From positions 288,001 through 352,000 of the forward strand of contig JASGJH010000001.1 in the NCBI GenBank assembly GCA_047601445.1: DNA of 64,000 nucleotides, in the 5' to 3' direction. The translations under genes and the position numbers were made by a program. Shown piece by piece: positions 10,866 through 20,861 of this stretch. The notes beneath the pieces were generated by a model. That model worked only from the letters and a program-made list of their open reading frames with translations, did not search any database and was not told the DNA's origin. Numbering within the stretch: position 1 is the first letter of the stretch; every line of letters starts with the position of its first letter. This DNA comes from Myxococcales bacterium. GTDB lineage: Bacteria > Myxococcota_A > Polyangia > Polyangiales > DASUME01.

Positions 10866-12104
10866 TCAGTCCTTGGCGTTGACCAAGCACGACATGTTGC
10901 CGGGGGCGTGCTTGTTCTGGTGCATCAGCTGGTGCGCCTTCGGGATGTCTTCGAACGAGAAGGTCTCCGAGTGGCAGGGGTCGACTTCCTTGCGGATGAC
11001 CAGCTCGTTGTACTCGCGGGACTGCACGTCGTTGGCGAAGTGCGAGCCCTGCAGGCGCTTCTGGCGCATCCACAGGTAACGCAGGTCGGCCTGGGCCGCG
11101 AAGCCCGTGGTACCGGCGCACACCACGACCATGCCGCCCGTCTCGCAGACGAGGACCGAGGTGGGGATGGTGGTCTCGCCGGGGTGCTCGAAGACGATTT
11201 GCGGGCTCTGACCTTCGCCCGCGATCTCCCAGATGGCCTTGCCGAAGGTGCGCGCCTTCTTGAGCCAGGCGTTGTACTTCTCGTTGTCACGCCAGTCGGG
11301 GGGCAGACCCCAGTGGTCGAACTTGCGGCGGTCGATGCAGCCGATGGCGCCGAGCTTCTTGCAGTATTCGACCTTCTCGTCGCCCGAGATCACGGCGATG
11401 GGACGCGCGCCGAAGGAGCGCGCAATCTGGATGGCCTGGGTGCCGAGGCCGCCTGCGCCGCCCCACACGAGCACCAAGTCGTCCTTCTTGACCTGGTTCG
11501 GAGCCCAGCCGCGCAGCATGCGGTAGGCGGTGGCGCCCACGAGCATGTACGAAGCGGCGGAGGCCCAAGAAAGGTGCTCGGGCTTGGGCAGACACTGCTG
11601 CGCCTGGACCTTGGTGAACTGGGCGAAGCTGCCCCAGCTGGTCTCGTAGCCCCAGATGCGGAAGCTGTTGCCGAACATCGGGTCGCGGCCGGCCTTGACC
11701 ACCGGGTCGTTGAGGCTCCACTGACCGCAGTGCAGCACGACGTGGTCGCCCACCTTCACGTTGCTGACGGCGCTGCCGACCTTCCACACGATGCCGGAGG
11801 CGTCGCTGCCGCCGATGTGGAAGCCCGAGGCGTCAGGAAAGTAAGGGTCCTTGGGGCGGTTCTTCACCACGTCGACGGGGGTCCCGAGCGCGGCCCACAC
11901 GTTGTTGTAGTTGACGCCGGCGGCCATGACCCACACGAGAACCTCGTCGGGGCGCAGGTCGGAAGGCGTGTCGACTTCTTCGACCTTGAAGGCCTTGGCC
12001 GGGTCGCCGTAGCGCTCGGGCCGGATGACTTGGGCGATCATCTTCTGGGGAACGACCCCAGTTTCGGGCGTTTCGCCCAGTTGGTACAGGGACTTGGTCG
12101 ACAT
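10866..12104 (-). CDS. ccr: Crotonyl-CoA carboxylase/reductase
   Basis: [52 protein letters not shown] and [14 protein letters not shown]; the CO2-binding Asn, Glu and His positions are present. Confidence 0.95.
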   Translation of the reverse strand: MSTKSLYQLGETPETGVVPQKMIAQVIRPERYGDPAKAFKVEEVDTPSDLRPDEVLVWVMAAGVNYNNVWAALGTPVDVVKNRPKDPYFPDASGFHIGGSDASGIVWKVGSAVSNVKVGDHVVLHCGQWSLNDPVVKAGRDPMFGNSFRIWGYETSWGSFAQFTKVQAQQCLPKPEHLSWASAASYMLVGATAYRMLRGWAPNQVKKDDLVLVWGGAGGLGTQAIQIARSFGARPIAVISGDEKVEYCKKLGAIGCIDRRKFDHWGLPPDWRDNEKYNAWLKKARTFGKAIWEIAGEGQSPQIVFEHPGETTIPTSVLVCETGGMVVVCAGTTGFAAQADLRYLWMRQKRLQGSHFANDVQSREYNELVIRKEVDPCHSETFSFEDIPKAHQLMHQNKHAPGNMSCLVNAKD

Positions 12105-12631
12105 CGGTGGTTCCTCGCCCGCGACCCTAGCTCGCTCCCTGCGGCTCGCAAGGGCCGTCAGCGCGCTTCCGTGCGTGCCGGCTGACGCTTCATGACTTTT
12201 TCTGCATACGCGGACGCGCTCACGCAGCGCGCTCGCAGGACCACTGACGCGGCTTCAACAACGACTTTACCAGTGGTCATTGCGCGGGCTGCTGCGAGCG
12301 GTGACGCAGGGGGCGCCGACTGGCTCGCACACGAGCAGTCTGACTCCTGCCGCCCGCCGTGCGCTCGAGTCTGAGGTCTTGGTGGCCTTGCGCGCAGGTC
12401 GTGCTGCGGGGGCGGGACCCGCGTGATGCACAGTGTTCGTTCTCGGCGGCATTTCCCCCAATTCGAGGAGCTGCGCGCCCACGTGGCAGTTGCTCGGGGC
12501 GCCTGGCACAGCTACATGCTTGCGGATCAAGCGCCTCGCAGTCTGCGCCGAATTCCCCAAGAGTTGTCCGCTCCCCGGCCCCGTCGAGTCGAAACGCGTG
12601 GGCCCGTGCGTGAGCCAAGAAGGAGCCCGCC

Positions 12632-14635
12632 GTGTCGTCGACCCCTGCACGCAAGAAGGAACGTCCCTGGATCATGCGAACCTACGCGGGTCACAGCACC
12701 GCGAAGGCATCCAATGAGCTGTTCCGGACGAACCTGACCAAGGGGCAGACCGGCCTGAGCGTGGCGTTCGATCTCCCGACTCAGACTGGGTACGACAGCG
12801 ACCACGTGCTGTCTCGCGGCGAGGTCGGCAAGGTCGGCGTTCCGATCAGCCACATCGGCGACATGCGGACGCTCTTCGATCAGATCCCGATCGAGAAGAT
12901 GAACACCTCGATGACCATCAACGCGACGGCTCCATGGCTGTTGTCGCTGTACATCGCGGTGGCCGAAGAGCAGGGCGCGAACACCAAGCTCCTGCAGGGC
13001 ACCACGCAGAACGACCTGATGAAGGAGTATCTCTCGCGCGGCACGTACATCTTCCCGCCCGCGGCCAGCCTCAAGCTCACCACCGACGTCATCAACTACA
13101 CGGTGAAGAACGTTCCGTCGTGGAACCCGATGAACGTCTGTAGCTATCACCTGCAGGAGGCGGGTGCGACACCCGGGCAGGAGCTTGCGTACGCGCTGCT
13201 CACGGCGATGACCATCCTCGACGCGGTGAAGGCCAGCGGAGAGATCCCCGAGAGCGAGATGGGGACCGTGGTCGAGCGCATCAGCTTCTTCGTGAACGCG
13301 GGTATCCGCTTCCTCGACGAGATGTGCAAGATGCGCGCGTTCACGCGCTTGTGGGACGAAATCACCAAGGAGCGCTACGGCGTGGCCGACGCCAAGCAGC
13401 GCCGCTTCCGCTACGGCGTGCAGGTGAACTCGCTCGGCCTCACCGAGCAGCAGCCCGAGAACAACATCATCCGCATCGTGCTCGAGATGCTGGCCGTCAC
13501 CCTCAGCAAGGACGCCCGCGCGCGCGCCGTGCAGCTGCCTGCCTGGAACGAGGCGCTCGGTCTACCGCGCCCGTGGGACCAGCAGTGGTCGCTGCGCGCG
13601 CAGCAGATCCTGGCCTTCGAGAGCGACTTGCTCGATCACGAGGACATCTTCACGGGCAGCGTGGTGGTGGAGAAGCGCGTCAGCGACCTGTGTGCCGAAG
13701 CCAAGCGCGAGATCGAGGACATCCTCGGGCGCGGTGGCGCGGTGGCCGCGGTGGAGGCGGGCATCATCAAGCAGCGCCTGGTCGAGAGCAACGCCAAGCG
13801 CCTGTCCGCCATCGAGGCGGGCGAGCAGACCGTGGTGGGCCTGAACGCCTACCGTGAGACGGCTCCTTCGCCGCTCACCGAGAACCTCGACGAGGCGATC
13901 TTGGTGGTGGATTCCAAGGTAGAGCAGGCGCAGATCGAGGCGGTCAAAGCCTGGCGCGCCCAGCGCGACGACAAGGCCGCGAAGGCCGCCATCGAGAACC
14001 TCAAGCGCGCCATCAAGGCCGGTGAGAACGTGATGCCGCCCTCCATCGCCGCCGCCAAGGCTGGCGTCACCACCGGTGAGTGGGCCGGTGCCCTGCGCGA
14101 GACGCTCGGCGAGTACCGTGCCCCGACCGGCGTAGCCTCGGCCACGCTGAGCCAGAACCGTGCGAACCCCAAGGCCCAGGAAGAGGTCTCGCGCCTGCGC
14201 GATCGCCTCGGCAACCTCGAGAAGAAGCTCGGTCGTCGCCCGCGTCTGTTGGTGGGCAAGCCCGGCCTCGACGGTCACAGCAACGGCGCCGAACAAATCG
14301 CGCTCAAGGCCCGCGACGTGGGCTTCGAGGTGATCTACGAGGGCATCCGGGTGACCCCGGAGCAAATCGTGGCCAGCGCGCTCGAAGAGGGCGCCCACGT
14401 GATCGGCCTTTCGATCCTGAGCGGCAGCCACCTCGAGCTGGTGCCCGAGGTGCTCACGCGCCTCAAGGAAGCCGGCATTGCCAACGTGCCCGTGGTGGTG
14501 GGTGGCATCATCCCCGAGAGCGACGGCAAGCGTTTGGTGGAGCAGGGCGTGGCCCGTGTCTACACGCCCAAGAACTTCGAGCTCAACGCCATCATGTCCG
14601 ACTTGGCGGATCTCGCCGAGCGCAACGCGAGCTGA
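12632..14635 (+). CDS. ecm: Ethylmalonyl-CoA mutase (B12-dependent, MeaA)
   Basis: PWIMRTYAGHST and NTSMTINATA signatures (Ecm-type His/Asn instead of Mcm residues); C-terminal B12 domain GKPGLDGHSNGAEQIA; SD AAGGAG upstream of GTG. Confidence 0.95.
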   Translation: MSSTPARKKERPWIMRTYAGHSTAKASNELFRTNLTKGQTGLSVAFDLPTQTGYDSDHVLSRGEVGKVGVPISHIGDMRTLFDQIPIEKMNTSMTINATAPWLLSLYIAVAEEQGANTKLLQGTTQNDLMKEYLSRGTYIFPPAASLKLTTDVINYTVKNVPSWNPMNVCSYHLQEAGATPGQELAYALLTAMTILDAVKASGEIPESEMGTVVERISFFVNAGIRFLDEMCKMRAFTRLWDEITKERYGVADAKQRRFRYGVQVNSLGLTEQQPENNIIRIVLEMLAVTLSKDARARAVQLPAWNEALGLPRPWDQQWSLRAQQILAFESDLLDHEDIFTGSVVVEKRVSDLCAEAKREIEDILGRGGAVAAVEAGIIKQRLVESNAKRLSAIEAGEQTVVGLNAYRETAPSPLTENLDEAILVVDSKVEQAQIEAVKAWRAQRDDKAAKAAIENLKRAIKAGENVMPPSIAAAKAGVTTGEWAGALRETLGEYRAPTGVASATLSQNRANPKAQEEVSRLRDRLGNLEKKLGRRPRLLVGKPGLDGHSNGAEQIALKARDVGFEVIYEGIRVTPEQIVASALEEGAHVIGLSILSGSHLELVPEVLTRLKEAGIANVPVVVGGIIPESDGKRLVEQGVARVYTPKNFELNAIMSDLADLAERNAS

Positions 14636-14638
14636 GCG

Positions 14639-15625
14639 TTGGCGCAGAGCGACGAACTCGAGCGCATCGCGAGCGGGGTGCGCAGCGGCGACAAGGCGCA
14701 GATCTCGCGTGCATTGAACCTCATCGAGGACAAGCGGCGCGAGCGCGAGCGCGAGGTGGCGCAGCTACTCGGTTTGCTCGAGCAGGGCGAACGTGCGCTG
14801 GGGCACCGCGTGGGCCTCACCGGTCCGCCCGGCGTCGGCAAGAGCAGCCTGGTGGCGACCCTCGCGCGTGAGCTGCGGCAGCGCGGCAAGACGGTGGGCG
14901 TGGTGGCCGTGGATCCCTCGTCCATGCGCAGCGGTGGGGCCTTGTTGGGCGACCGGGCGCGCATGGCCTTCGATCCCGGTGATCGTGGGTTGTTCGTGCG
15001 TTCGCTCGCGACCCAGGGCGCGCTCGGTGGCCTCGCGCACGCGACCCACGCGGCCGTCGAGGTGCTGGCTGCGGCCTACGACATCGTGCTCGTGGAGACG
15101 GTGGGCGTGGGGCAGACCGAGATCGCGGTCACGCACGTGTCCGACACGGTGGTGCTGGTGGTGCAGCCCGGATCGGGCGATGTCCTGCAGTTCCTGAAGG
15201 CGGGCGTGATGGAGATCCCGGACCTGCTGGTGGTCAACAAGGCCGACCACGGTCCCACGGCGACGCGCGCCGCCAGCGACCTCAAGGCCGCGCTGAGCAC
15301 GCTGCGCCAGGTGGGAGCAGGCGAGGGCGACCAGGAGGTGATCCTCACCAGCGCCCGCGATCAGGTGGGCATCGACAACTTGGCCGAGGCGCTCGACAAG
15401 CATGCGGCCGCGCTCGGTCGTTCGGGCATCCTGGCGCGCCGTCACGCGGGCCGGGTCGAGTGGGCCAACGATTGGCTCGAGCGCAGCGTGGGCAGCCTTG
15501 GGGTCGAGACGCTCGGGGGGGCCGACGCGATTCGGGTGCAGCTCGAGCAGGCCCAGGCGCAGGGCAAGTTGCCCCTGGCGGCGGCCCAGCAGTTGGTCGA
15601 CAGCCTCAGCTTCGGGCGTCGCTGA
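14639..15625 (+). CDS. meaB: MeaB/ArgK-family GTPase, chaperone of B12 mutases
   Basis: GLTGPPGVGKSS, AVDPSS..GGALLGDRARM, VETVGVGQ and VVNKAD; directly downstream of ecm. Confidence 0.93.
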   Translation: MAQSDELERIASGVRSGDKAQISRALNLIEDKRREREREVAQLLGLLEQGERALGHRVGLTGPPGVGKSSLVATLARELRQRGKTVGVVAVDPSSMRSGGALLGDRARMAFDPGDRGLFVRSLATQGALGGLAHATHAAVEVLAAAYDIVLVETVGVGQTEIAVTHVSDTVVLVVQPGSGDVLQFLKAGVMEIPDLLVVNKADHGPTATRAASDLKAALSTLRQVGAGEGDQEVILTSARDQVGIDNLAEALDKHAAALGRSGILARRHAGRVEWANDWLERSVGSLGVETLGGADAIRVQLEQAQAQGKLPLAAAQQLVDSLSFGRR

Positions 15626-15784
15626 GCCTGGGCCTGTGCGGGCCCGTGCGGCTGGCAAAAAACCGGTGAATCACCAGCTTTACCGCTTGACTGAGCGCTG
15701 CTTGCCTAGGCCTCGTTGAGGCGCCCTCGCTTCCAAACCGTCCAGCAATTCGCACTTTCGTGTTTTACAAGCCGCCGCTCGGTG

Positions 15785-15809
15785 CTTTACTTGTCAACGA
15801 GCAGTAAAG
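15785..15809. promoter_or_regulatory. Inverted repeat CTTTAC-N13-GTAAAG, candidate operator of the adjacent regulator
   Basis: AT-rich palindrome just upstream of the regulator start; an extra TTTTACAA lies at 15763-15770. Confidence 0.35.
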
Positions 15810-15821
15810 GTCGTGGCGAGC

Positions 15822-17360
15822 ATGAAGAACACGCATGCGCACATGGGAACCAGGCTACGTGAACTGCGCGTCTCGCGCGGCCTGCAGCAGGGCGAAGTGG
15901 CCCGCCGGCTGGGGGTCTCTCCCGCCTACCTGAGCTTGATCGAGAAGGACAAGCGTGCCGTCCAGCTGCCGCTCTTGTTCAAGGCACTCGAGCTCTACGG
16001 CGTGGGCATGGAGGACTTCATGCACAGCCTGGGCGAGCGTCGCGTCGACGACGGCCTGGCGCGCTTGCTCGACGAGCCGCTGCTGCGCTCGCTCAACCTG
16101 AGCGAGGAAGACCTGGCCCAGCTCGGTTCCGAACCGCGCATGGCCACCACCGTCACCGCGCTGTTCAACATGTACAAGAACACGCGCAGCCAGCTCGACC
16201 ACATGCTCTCCCAGCTGGCCAAGCAAGAGCGCGACACCATGGGCGCGCCCGGCATCTCCTTCGACTACAACCCGTTCGACGAGGTGACCGACTTCCTCGA
16301 GGCCAACGACAACTGGTTCGGCGCCATCGAGGAACGCACCGAGAAGGTGCGCAAGGACTTCAAGCTGCCCCAGCGCTACACGAGCGACAGCTTGATCGAG
16401 GTGTTGCGCGCGATGGGCGTGGAGGTCGAGCTCGTGGCGCCGGATGACACCAGCTCGGTGGTGCGCCGCTGGGACCCCGAAAATCCGCGCCTCGTCCTGA
16501 CCTCGTCGATGTTCGAGCAGCGCCTGAAGTTCCAGCTGGCTCACACCATCGGCCTCTGGCTCATCGATCAGGAGAACCTGCACGACCTCACGACCGCGAA
16601 CTTTCCGACCCGGCACGCCGAGACCCCGCGCCTGATCAAGATTCATCTGGCGAACTACTTCGCTGGCGCCCTGCTTTTGCCGTACGGCGATTTCTTCGCG
16701 GAGGTCCAGCGCACCCGCTACGACCTCGAGCACCTGGCGAGCTACTTCGAGAGCTCGTTCGAGACCGTGGCGCACCGCGTGTGCAACCTCAACGACCCCC
16801 AGCGTCGCGGCCTGCCCATGCACTTCTTGCGAGTCGACGTCGCGGGCAACATCTCGAAGCGCTACGGCGGTCGCACCGGCATCCAGTTCCCGCACGGCAC
16901 CGGCAGCTGTCCCAAGCTGGCCGTGCACCTCTCGTTCCTCAACCCGAGCCAGATCACCAAGCAGTACTCGGTGTTCCCGGATGGCTCGGAGTATTTCTGC
17001 ATCGCCAAAGTCGTGAAGCAACCCAATCAAGGGTCCCTCGTGCGAGGCACGGTCTACGCGATTGGCATCGGCACCAACGCGGGTAACGCCAAGCACCTTT
17101 GCTACGCCGACGAGGTTCCCTTCGCCGACCCGAGCAAGATGGCCGTGCCCGTGGGAACCACCTGCCGTTTCTGCGAGCGCACGGACTGCAATCAGCGCGC
17201 GGCACCCAGCTACAAATTCGCGTTCCGGGTCGACGAGTACACCAAGAAGGACAACTTCTTCTCGCCGTTGGTCTCGAACGATCAGGAGGACGATAGCGTC
17301 CCCAAGCGTCGTCGTTCGCTGCCTGTGATCGAAGCCGACGCAGCAGACGCAGAAGAGTGA
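15822..17360 (+). CDS. Short-chain fatty acyl-CoA regulator (ScfR/RamB/PccR/PrpR family, XRE HTH)
   Basis: N-terminal XRE HTH (RLRELRVSRGLQQGEVARRLGVSPAYLSLIE), IrrE-like middle (FQLAH, NYFAGALLLPY, FETVAHR, RVDVAGNISKR) and C-terminal CRFCERTDCNQRA Cys cluster. Confidence 0.9.
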   Translation: MKNTHAHMGTRLRELRVSRGLQQGEVARRLGVSPAYLSLIEKDKRAVQLPLLFKALELYGVGMEDFMHSLGERRVDDGLARLLDEPLLRSLNLSEEDLAQLGSEPRMATTVTALFNMYKNTRSQLDHMLSQLAKQERDTMGAPGISFDYNPFDEVTDFLEANDNWFGAIEERTEKVRKDFKLPQRYTSDSLIEVLRAMGVEVELVAPDDTSSVVRRWDPENPRLVLTSSMFEQRLKFQLAHTIGLWLIDQENLHDLTTANFPTRHAETPRLIKIHLANYFAGALLLPYGDFFAEVQRTRYDLEHLASYFESSFETVAHRVCNLNDPQRRGLPMHFLRVDVAGNISKRYGGRTGIQFPHGTGSCPKLAVHLSFLNPSQITKQYSVFPDGSEYFCIAKVVKQPNQGSLVRGTVYAIGIGTNAGNAKHLCYADEVPFADPSKMAVPVGTTCRFCERTDCNQRAAPSYKFAFRVDEYTKKDNFFSPLVSNDQEDDSVPKRRRSLPVIEADAADAEE

Positions 17361-17482
17361 CGACAGCCGTCTTGCGCTGAGGCAAGGCGCGCCGCGTGCG
17401 CTGCGGTGTGAGGCATCGAGGTAGGCGGGAATATCGTGGGCGAAGCGAAAGCCCAGGAGTTTCTCGCGAACGTCGTGCGGGC

Positions 17483-18238
17483 ATGGGGCGTGCACAGTGC
17501 CGCGGCGTGCAAACGTCGTCGAGGAGCCTGACACCCACCTTGCTCGCGTCCTTGGGGGCTTGCTTCATCGCGTGCGGCGGTGATGCCGTGAATCCGCTCG
17601 GACCATTGGAGAGCACCGAGTCCGAGGTCACGGTGGATGGCGACGATGCAGCCGTCGAGCCCAGCCAGGCCGCGCACGACGCGGGCGGGCACGTTCCGAG
17701 TCCCATCGACGAGCCTGTGGAAGACGGAGCGGACGCCGCGACGACGATGGCGCCATCGACTTCAGCGCCGGGCGCGTCGGGACCGGCCCCTGCGAGCCCG
17801 AAGCCGATAGACGTGAGTGACGACTTCGACGTCGCGGACGTGTGCACCAGCGGACGTTTCTGGACCCGCGGCTACTCGGAGACGATGCACCCGGGCCACG
17901 CCTGTATTTCATGCCATTCAATGAACGTCAGCAGACCGCAGTTCAAGATTGCCGGCACGGTCTACCCGACTGCGCACGAACCGAACGACTGCGATGCCGC
18001 GAATCCGGCGGACGTAAGGGTGGAGATCATCGGCGCAAATGGTCAGGTCTCGGCGCTATCGGCGAACGAGGTTGGGAACTTCTTCTCACTGAACGCCGTT
18101 GCCCTCCCTTATACGGCCCGCGTAACCTCACAAGGAAGAGTGCGCGCCATGCGTTCTCCACAGCGTTCAGGGGACTGCAATGCTTGCCACACTCAACGAG
18201 GGGACAACGGTGCGCCCGGAAGAATTCTCTTACCGTGA
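17483..18238 (+). CDS. Putative diheme c-type cytochrome lipoprotein
   Basis: Lipobox-like FIAC, long acidic/Pro linker, two CxxCH motifs (CISCH, CNACH). Start uncertain (17483 or 17507). Confidence 0.65.
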   Translation: MGRAQCRGVQTSSRSLTPTLLASLGACFIACGGDAVNPLGPLESTESEVTVDGDDAAVEPSQAAHDAGGHVPSPIDEPVEDGADAATTMAPSTSAPGASGPAPASPKPIDVSDDFDVADVCTSGRFWTRGYSETMHPGHACISCHSMNVSRPQFKIAGTVYPTAHEPNDCDAANPADVRVEIIGANGQVSALSANEVGNFFSLNAVALPYTARVTSQGRVRAMRSPQRSGDCNACHTQRGDNGAPGRILLP

Positions 18239-18347
18239 CGGAGTCTGTTAGGAATCACGCGCGCACGCTCAGAAGATGTGCTTTAGTTCGCGCCCTCGCG
18301 CATCGACCGAGTCGTTCCTGGCTCGATGCTGGATTGCGGCAGGCCGA

Positions 18348-19613
18348 ATGGCACAAGATGCATCGAACACGCAGGAACAAAGCGCCGCGCGCATGGAACA
18401 GCGCGTGCGTGAGCTCGAGCTGCGACTCGCCGAGGTAGAGCGCGAGCGCGGGCTTTCGCGCGAAGAACACGCCGAAACTTGCCCCCAGTGCGCCGACGCC
18501 GCGCGCCGTGCGAGCGAGGCTGAAGCGCAGTTTCACTCGATGTTCGTCGAGGCTTTCGAGGGCTTGGCCATCTCGATCGACGGCAAGATCGTGCTCGCCA
18601 ACCCTGCGCTCGGCGCGCTCGGGCGTTGCGACCCCAGTGAAATCGTCGGCAAGACCGTGCTCGAATTGACTACGCCCGAGGAAAGCGCGGTCATCATGCG
18701 GCGCATCCGGGCCGGTGATCGGACTCCCTGTGAGGTTACAGCGATTCGCCCCGATGGCAGCTCGTTTCCCTGCGAGGTCATGGGACGCAACGTGATCTAT
18801 GGAGGATGCACTGCGCGTCTGACCACGTTTCGGGATCTTACTGTTCAGAAGAACGAAGAGCGTGCGCGGCGCCGCTTCGAAGAGCGTCTGCAGAGCGCCA
18901 AGAAGCTGGAGACCCTGGGCATGATTGCGGGTGGCATCGCCCACGACTTCAACAATCTGCTGCTCGTGATGATGGGGCACGCGGAGTTGGCCATGTCCCA
19001 GGCGGATTTGGCGGTCGAACATCACTTGCACAAGATTCGCGGGGCCGCGCAGGCCGCCAGCGAGCTCACCTCGCAGATGCTCACGTTCGCCGGACGTGGC
19101 GCCCTCGACCGCGAGCCAGTCCAGCTTGGACAGGTCGTTCGAGAAGTGGTGGAGCTCTATCAGCCTCCTCAGATGATCGACGTGCGCATCGACTTGCAGC
19201 AGGTGGCCTTCGACGCGGCGCCGATCCTCGGGGATCCGGCGCAGATCCGACAGGTCGTCCTGAACCTGCTGATCAATGCGGCGGAGGCCCTGTCGGAGCA
19301 GGGGCAGCGCATCGCGTTCCGGGTGCACGAGGTGGAACGCTCCGCGGAGGAGCTCCACGAGTTGATGGTCGATGCCAGTGCGGGCCCGGGTCGCTTCGTG
19401 CAGCTCGAGGTGCAAGACGAAGGCTGCGGCATGGAGCCCGAGACGCTGAATCGGGTATTCGATCCGTTCTTCAGCACCAAGTTTCAGGGCCGCGGGCTCG
19501 GGCTCGCCTCGGTGTTGGGCATCGTCCGCAGTCACGCCGGTGCCGTGCACGTGGAGAGCGCGCCGGGGCGGGGCGCACGCTTCTCCCTGTTGTTTCCTGT
19601 CGCCCAGAGCTAG
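18348..19613 (+). CDS. PAS-domain sensor histidine kinase, soluble, no receiver domain
   Basis: PAS segment (IVLANPA..IVGKTV..RPDGSSFP..FRDLT), H-box GIAHDFNN, N-box QVVLNLLINA, DEGCGM, FDPFFSTK and GRGLGL. Confidence 0.92.
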   Translation: MAQDASNTQEQSAARMEQRVRELELRLAEVERERGLSREEHAETCPQCADAARRASEAEAQFHSMFVEAFEGLAISIDGKIVLANPALGALGRCDPSEIVGKTVLELTTPEESAVIMRRIRAGDRTPCEVTAIRPDGSSFPCEVMGRNVIYGGCTARLTTFRDLTVQKNEERARRRFEERLQSAKKLETLGMIAGGIAHDFNNLLLVMMGHAELAMSQADLAVEHHLHKIRGAAQAASELTSQMLTFAGRGALDREPVQLGQVVREVVELYQPPQMIDVRIDLQQVAFDAAPILGDPAQIRQVVLNLLINAAEALSEQGQRIAFRVHEVERSAEELHELMVDASAGPGRFVQLEVQDEGCGMEPETLNRVFDPFFSTKFQGRGLGLASVLGIVRSHAGAVHVESAPGRGARFSLLFPVAQS

Positions 19614-19639
19614 CCTCCGCGCCGAGGTCGGTAATCTCG

Positions 19640-20821
19640 GTGTTCAAACTCGCGTTGCTGGCGTCGCTCTATCTTTCGCAAGGGCTGCCGTTTGGTTTCT
19701 TCACGCAGTTCTTGCCGGTGCTCTTGCGACAGGAAGGCGTCTCGCTGGCCTGGATCGGTCCGAGCTCGCTCTTGGCGGCCCCGTGGGGCTTCAAGTTCCT
19801 GTGGGCTCCGTACGTCGACCGCCACGGGAGTGAGCGCTTCGGGCGACGCCGCAGCTGGATCGTGCCTCTGCAAGCAGCGTCCACCATGCTCCTGCTCGCG
19901 CTCTCTCTACTCGATGAGGACGGCGGCTGGGCTTGGCTCCTCGTCGGCGTATTCTGCGCGAACCTCCTGACGGCGACCCAGGACATCGCCACCGACGCAT
20001 TGGCGGTGGAGCTGCTTCCGGAGGACGAGCGCGGTCTGGGGAACGGTGTCCAGGTGGCCGGCTTCCGGGTCGGCATGATCGTCGGGGGCGGGTTGATGCT
20101 GTGGGTGCTCGGTGAGTTCGGGCGCTCCGTGACCTTCATCGCCATGGCGTGCCTGTTGGCCCTGTGCTCGCTGCCCATCTATTTCTACCGCGAGGCCCCG
20201 CGTGCGCCCGTGCCGAGCCGCGCGGCTCGTTCGCCGCTGGCAGAGCTCTGGTACCGCCTGCGTCATCCTCGACTAGGCGGCTGGCTGGTCGTGCTCGCGC
20301 TCTACAAGGCTGGCGACGCCTTCGGCAGCGCGATGCTGCGGCCGCTCTTGGTGGACCGAGGGGGCACGCTTGCGGACATCGGGCGTCAGGTCGGGGTGGT
20401 CGGTGCGCTCGCGGGGCTCACGGGGGCCCTGGTCGGAGGCGCCCTGCTGCGGGTGCTGCCACGGGCGCTGGCCGTGGGCAGTTTCGGCGCGCTGCATGGG
20501 CTCAGTCTCCTGCTGTATGGGGTGCACGGAGCGGTCGGGCTCGCGCCGCTGGCGCTCTACGGCGGGCTGGCCCTCGAGCACTTCTTGGGCGGCATGGCCA
20601 CCGTGGCGCTCTTCACTTGTATGATGGATCGCTGCGACCCCGAGACGGCAGGCACCGATTACACCTTGCAGGCATCGTTGTCCGTGGGCGCGGGCGGGGT
20701 GATCGGTATGGGCAGTGGGTTATCTGCCGAGTGGCTGGGCTATCCGGTTCATTTCGCGCTGGCCGCGCTGCTGGCCATTTTTGGCGCTGGCGTCGGCTAC
20801 CGGTTTCTGGCACGAGCATGA
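19640..20821 (+). CDS. MFS transporter, AmpG/RhtX/FptX-like
   Basis: LYLSQGLPFGF, PWGFKFLWAPYVD..GRRRSW and ATQDIATDALA; many hydrophobic segments. Confidence 0.88.
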   Translation: MFKLALLASLYLSQGLPFGFFTQFLPVLLRQEGVSLAWIGPSSLLAAPWGFKFLWAPYVDRHGSERFGRRRSWIVPLQAASTMLLLALSLLDEDGGWAWLLVGVFCANLLTATQDIATDALAVELLPEDERGLGNGVQVAGFRVGMIVGGGLMLWVLGEFGRSVTFIAMACLLALCSLPIYFYREAPRAPVPSRAARSPLAELWYRLRHPRLGGWLVVLALYKAGDAFGSAMLRPLLVDRGGTLADIGRQVGVVGALAGLTGALVGGALLRVLPRALAVGSFGALHGLSLLLYGVHGAVGLAPLALYGGLALEHFLGGMATVALFTCMMDRCDPETAGTDYTLQASLSVGAGGVIGMGSGLSAEWLGYPVHFALAALLAIFGAGVGYRFLARA

Positions 20822-20861
20822 GCGCGCAGACCCGCGTGTGTGGAAGGTTCCTGGTAGCAAG

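Noticed and set aside
12504..12520. Sigma54-like TGGCACAGCTACATGCT upstream of ecm
   Set aside because: GG-to-GC spacing is 11, not the required 10.
12105..12631. Cobalamin riboswitch between ccr and the B12-dependent ecm
   Set aside because: Only fragments are present (minus-strand GCCCCCGCAGC, GAGTCAG), without the ordered GGGAA/CCCGCAACTGT/B12-box architecture, and they face ccr. An Rfam scan would settle it.
18806..19639. N-terminal extension of the 671-aa MFS ORF
   Set aside because: Overlaps the histidine kinase in another frame; the MFS signature begins at GTG 19640.
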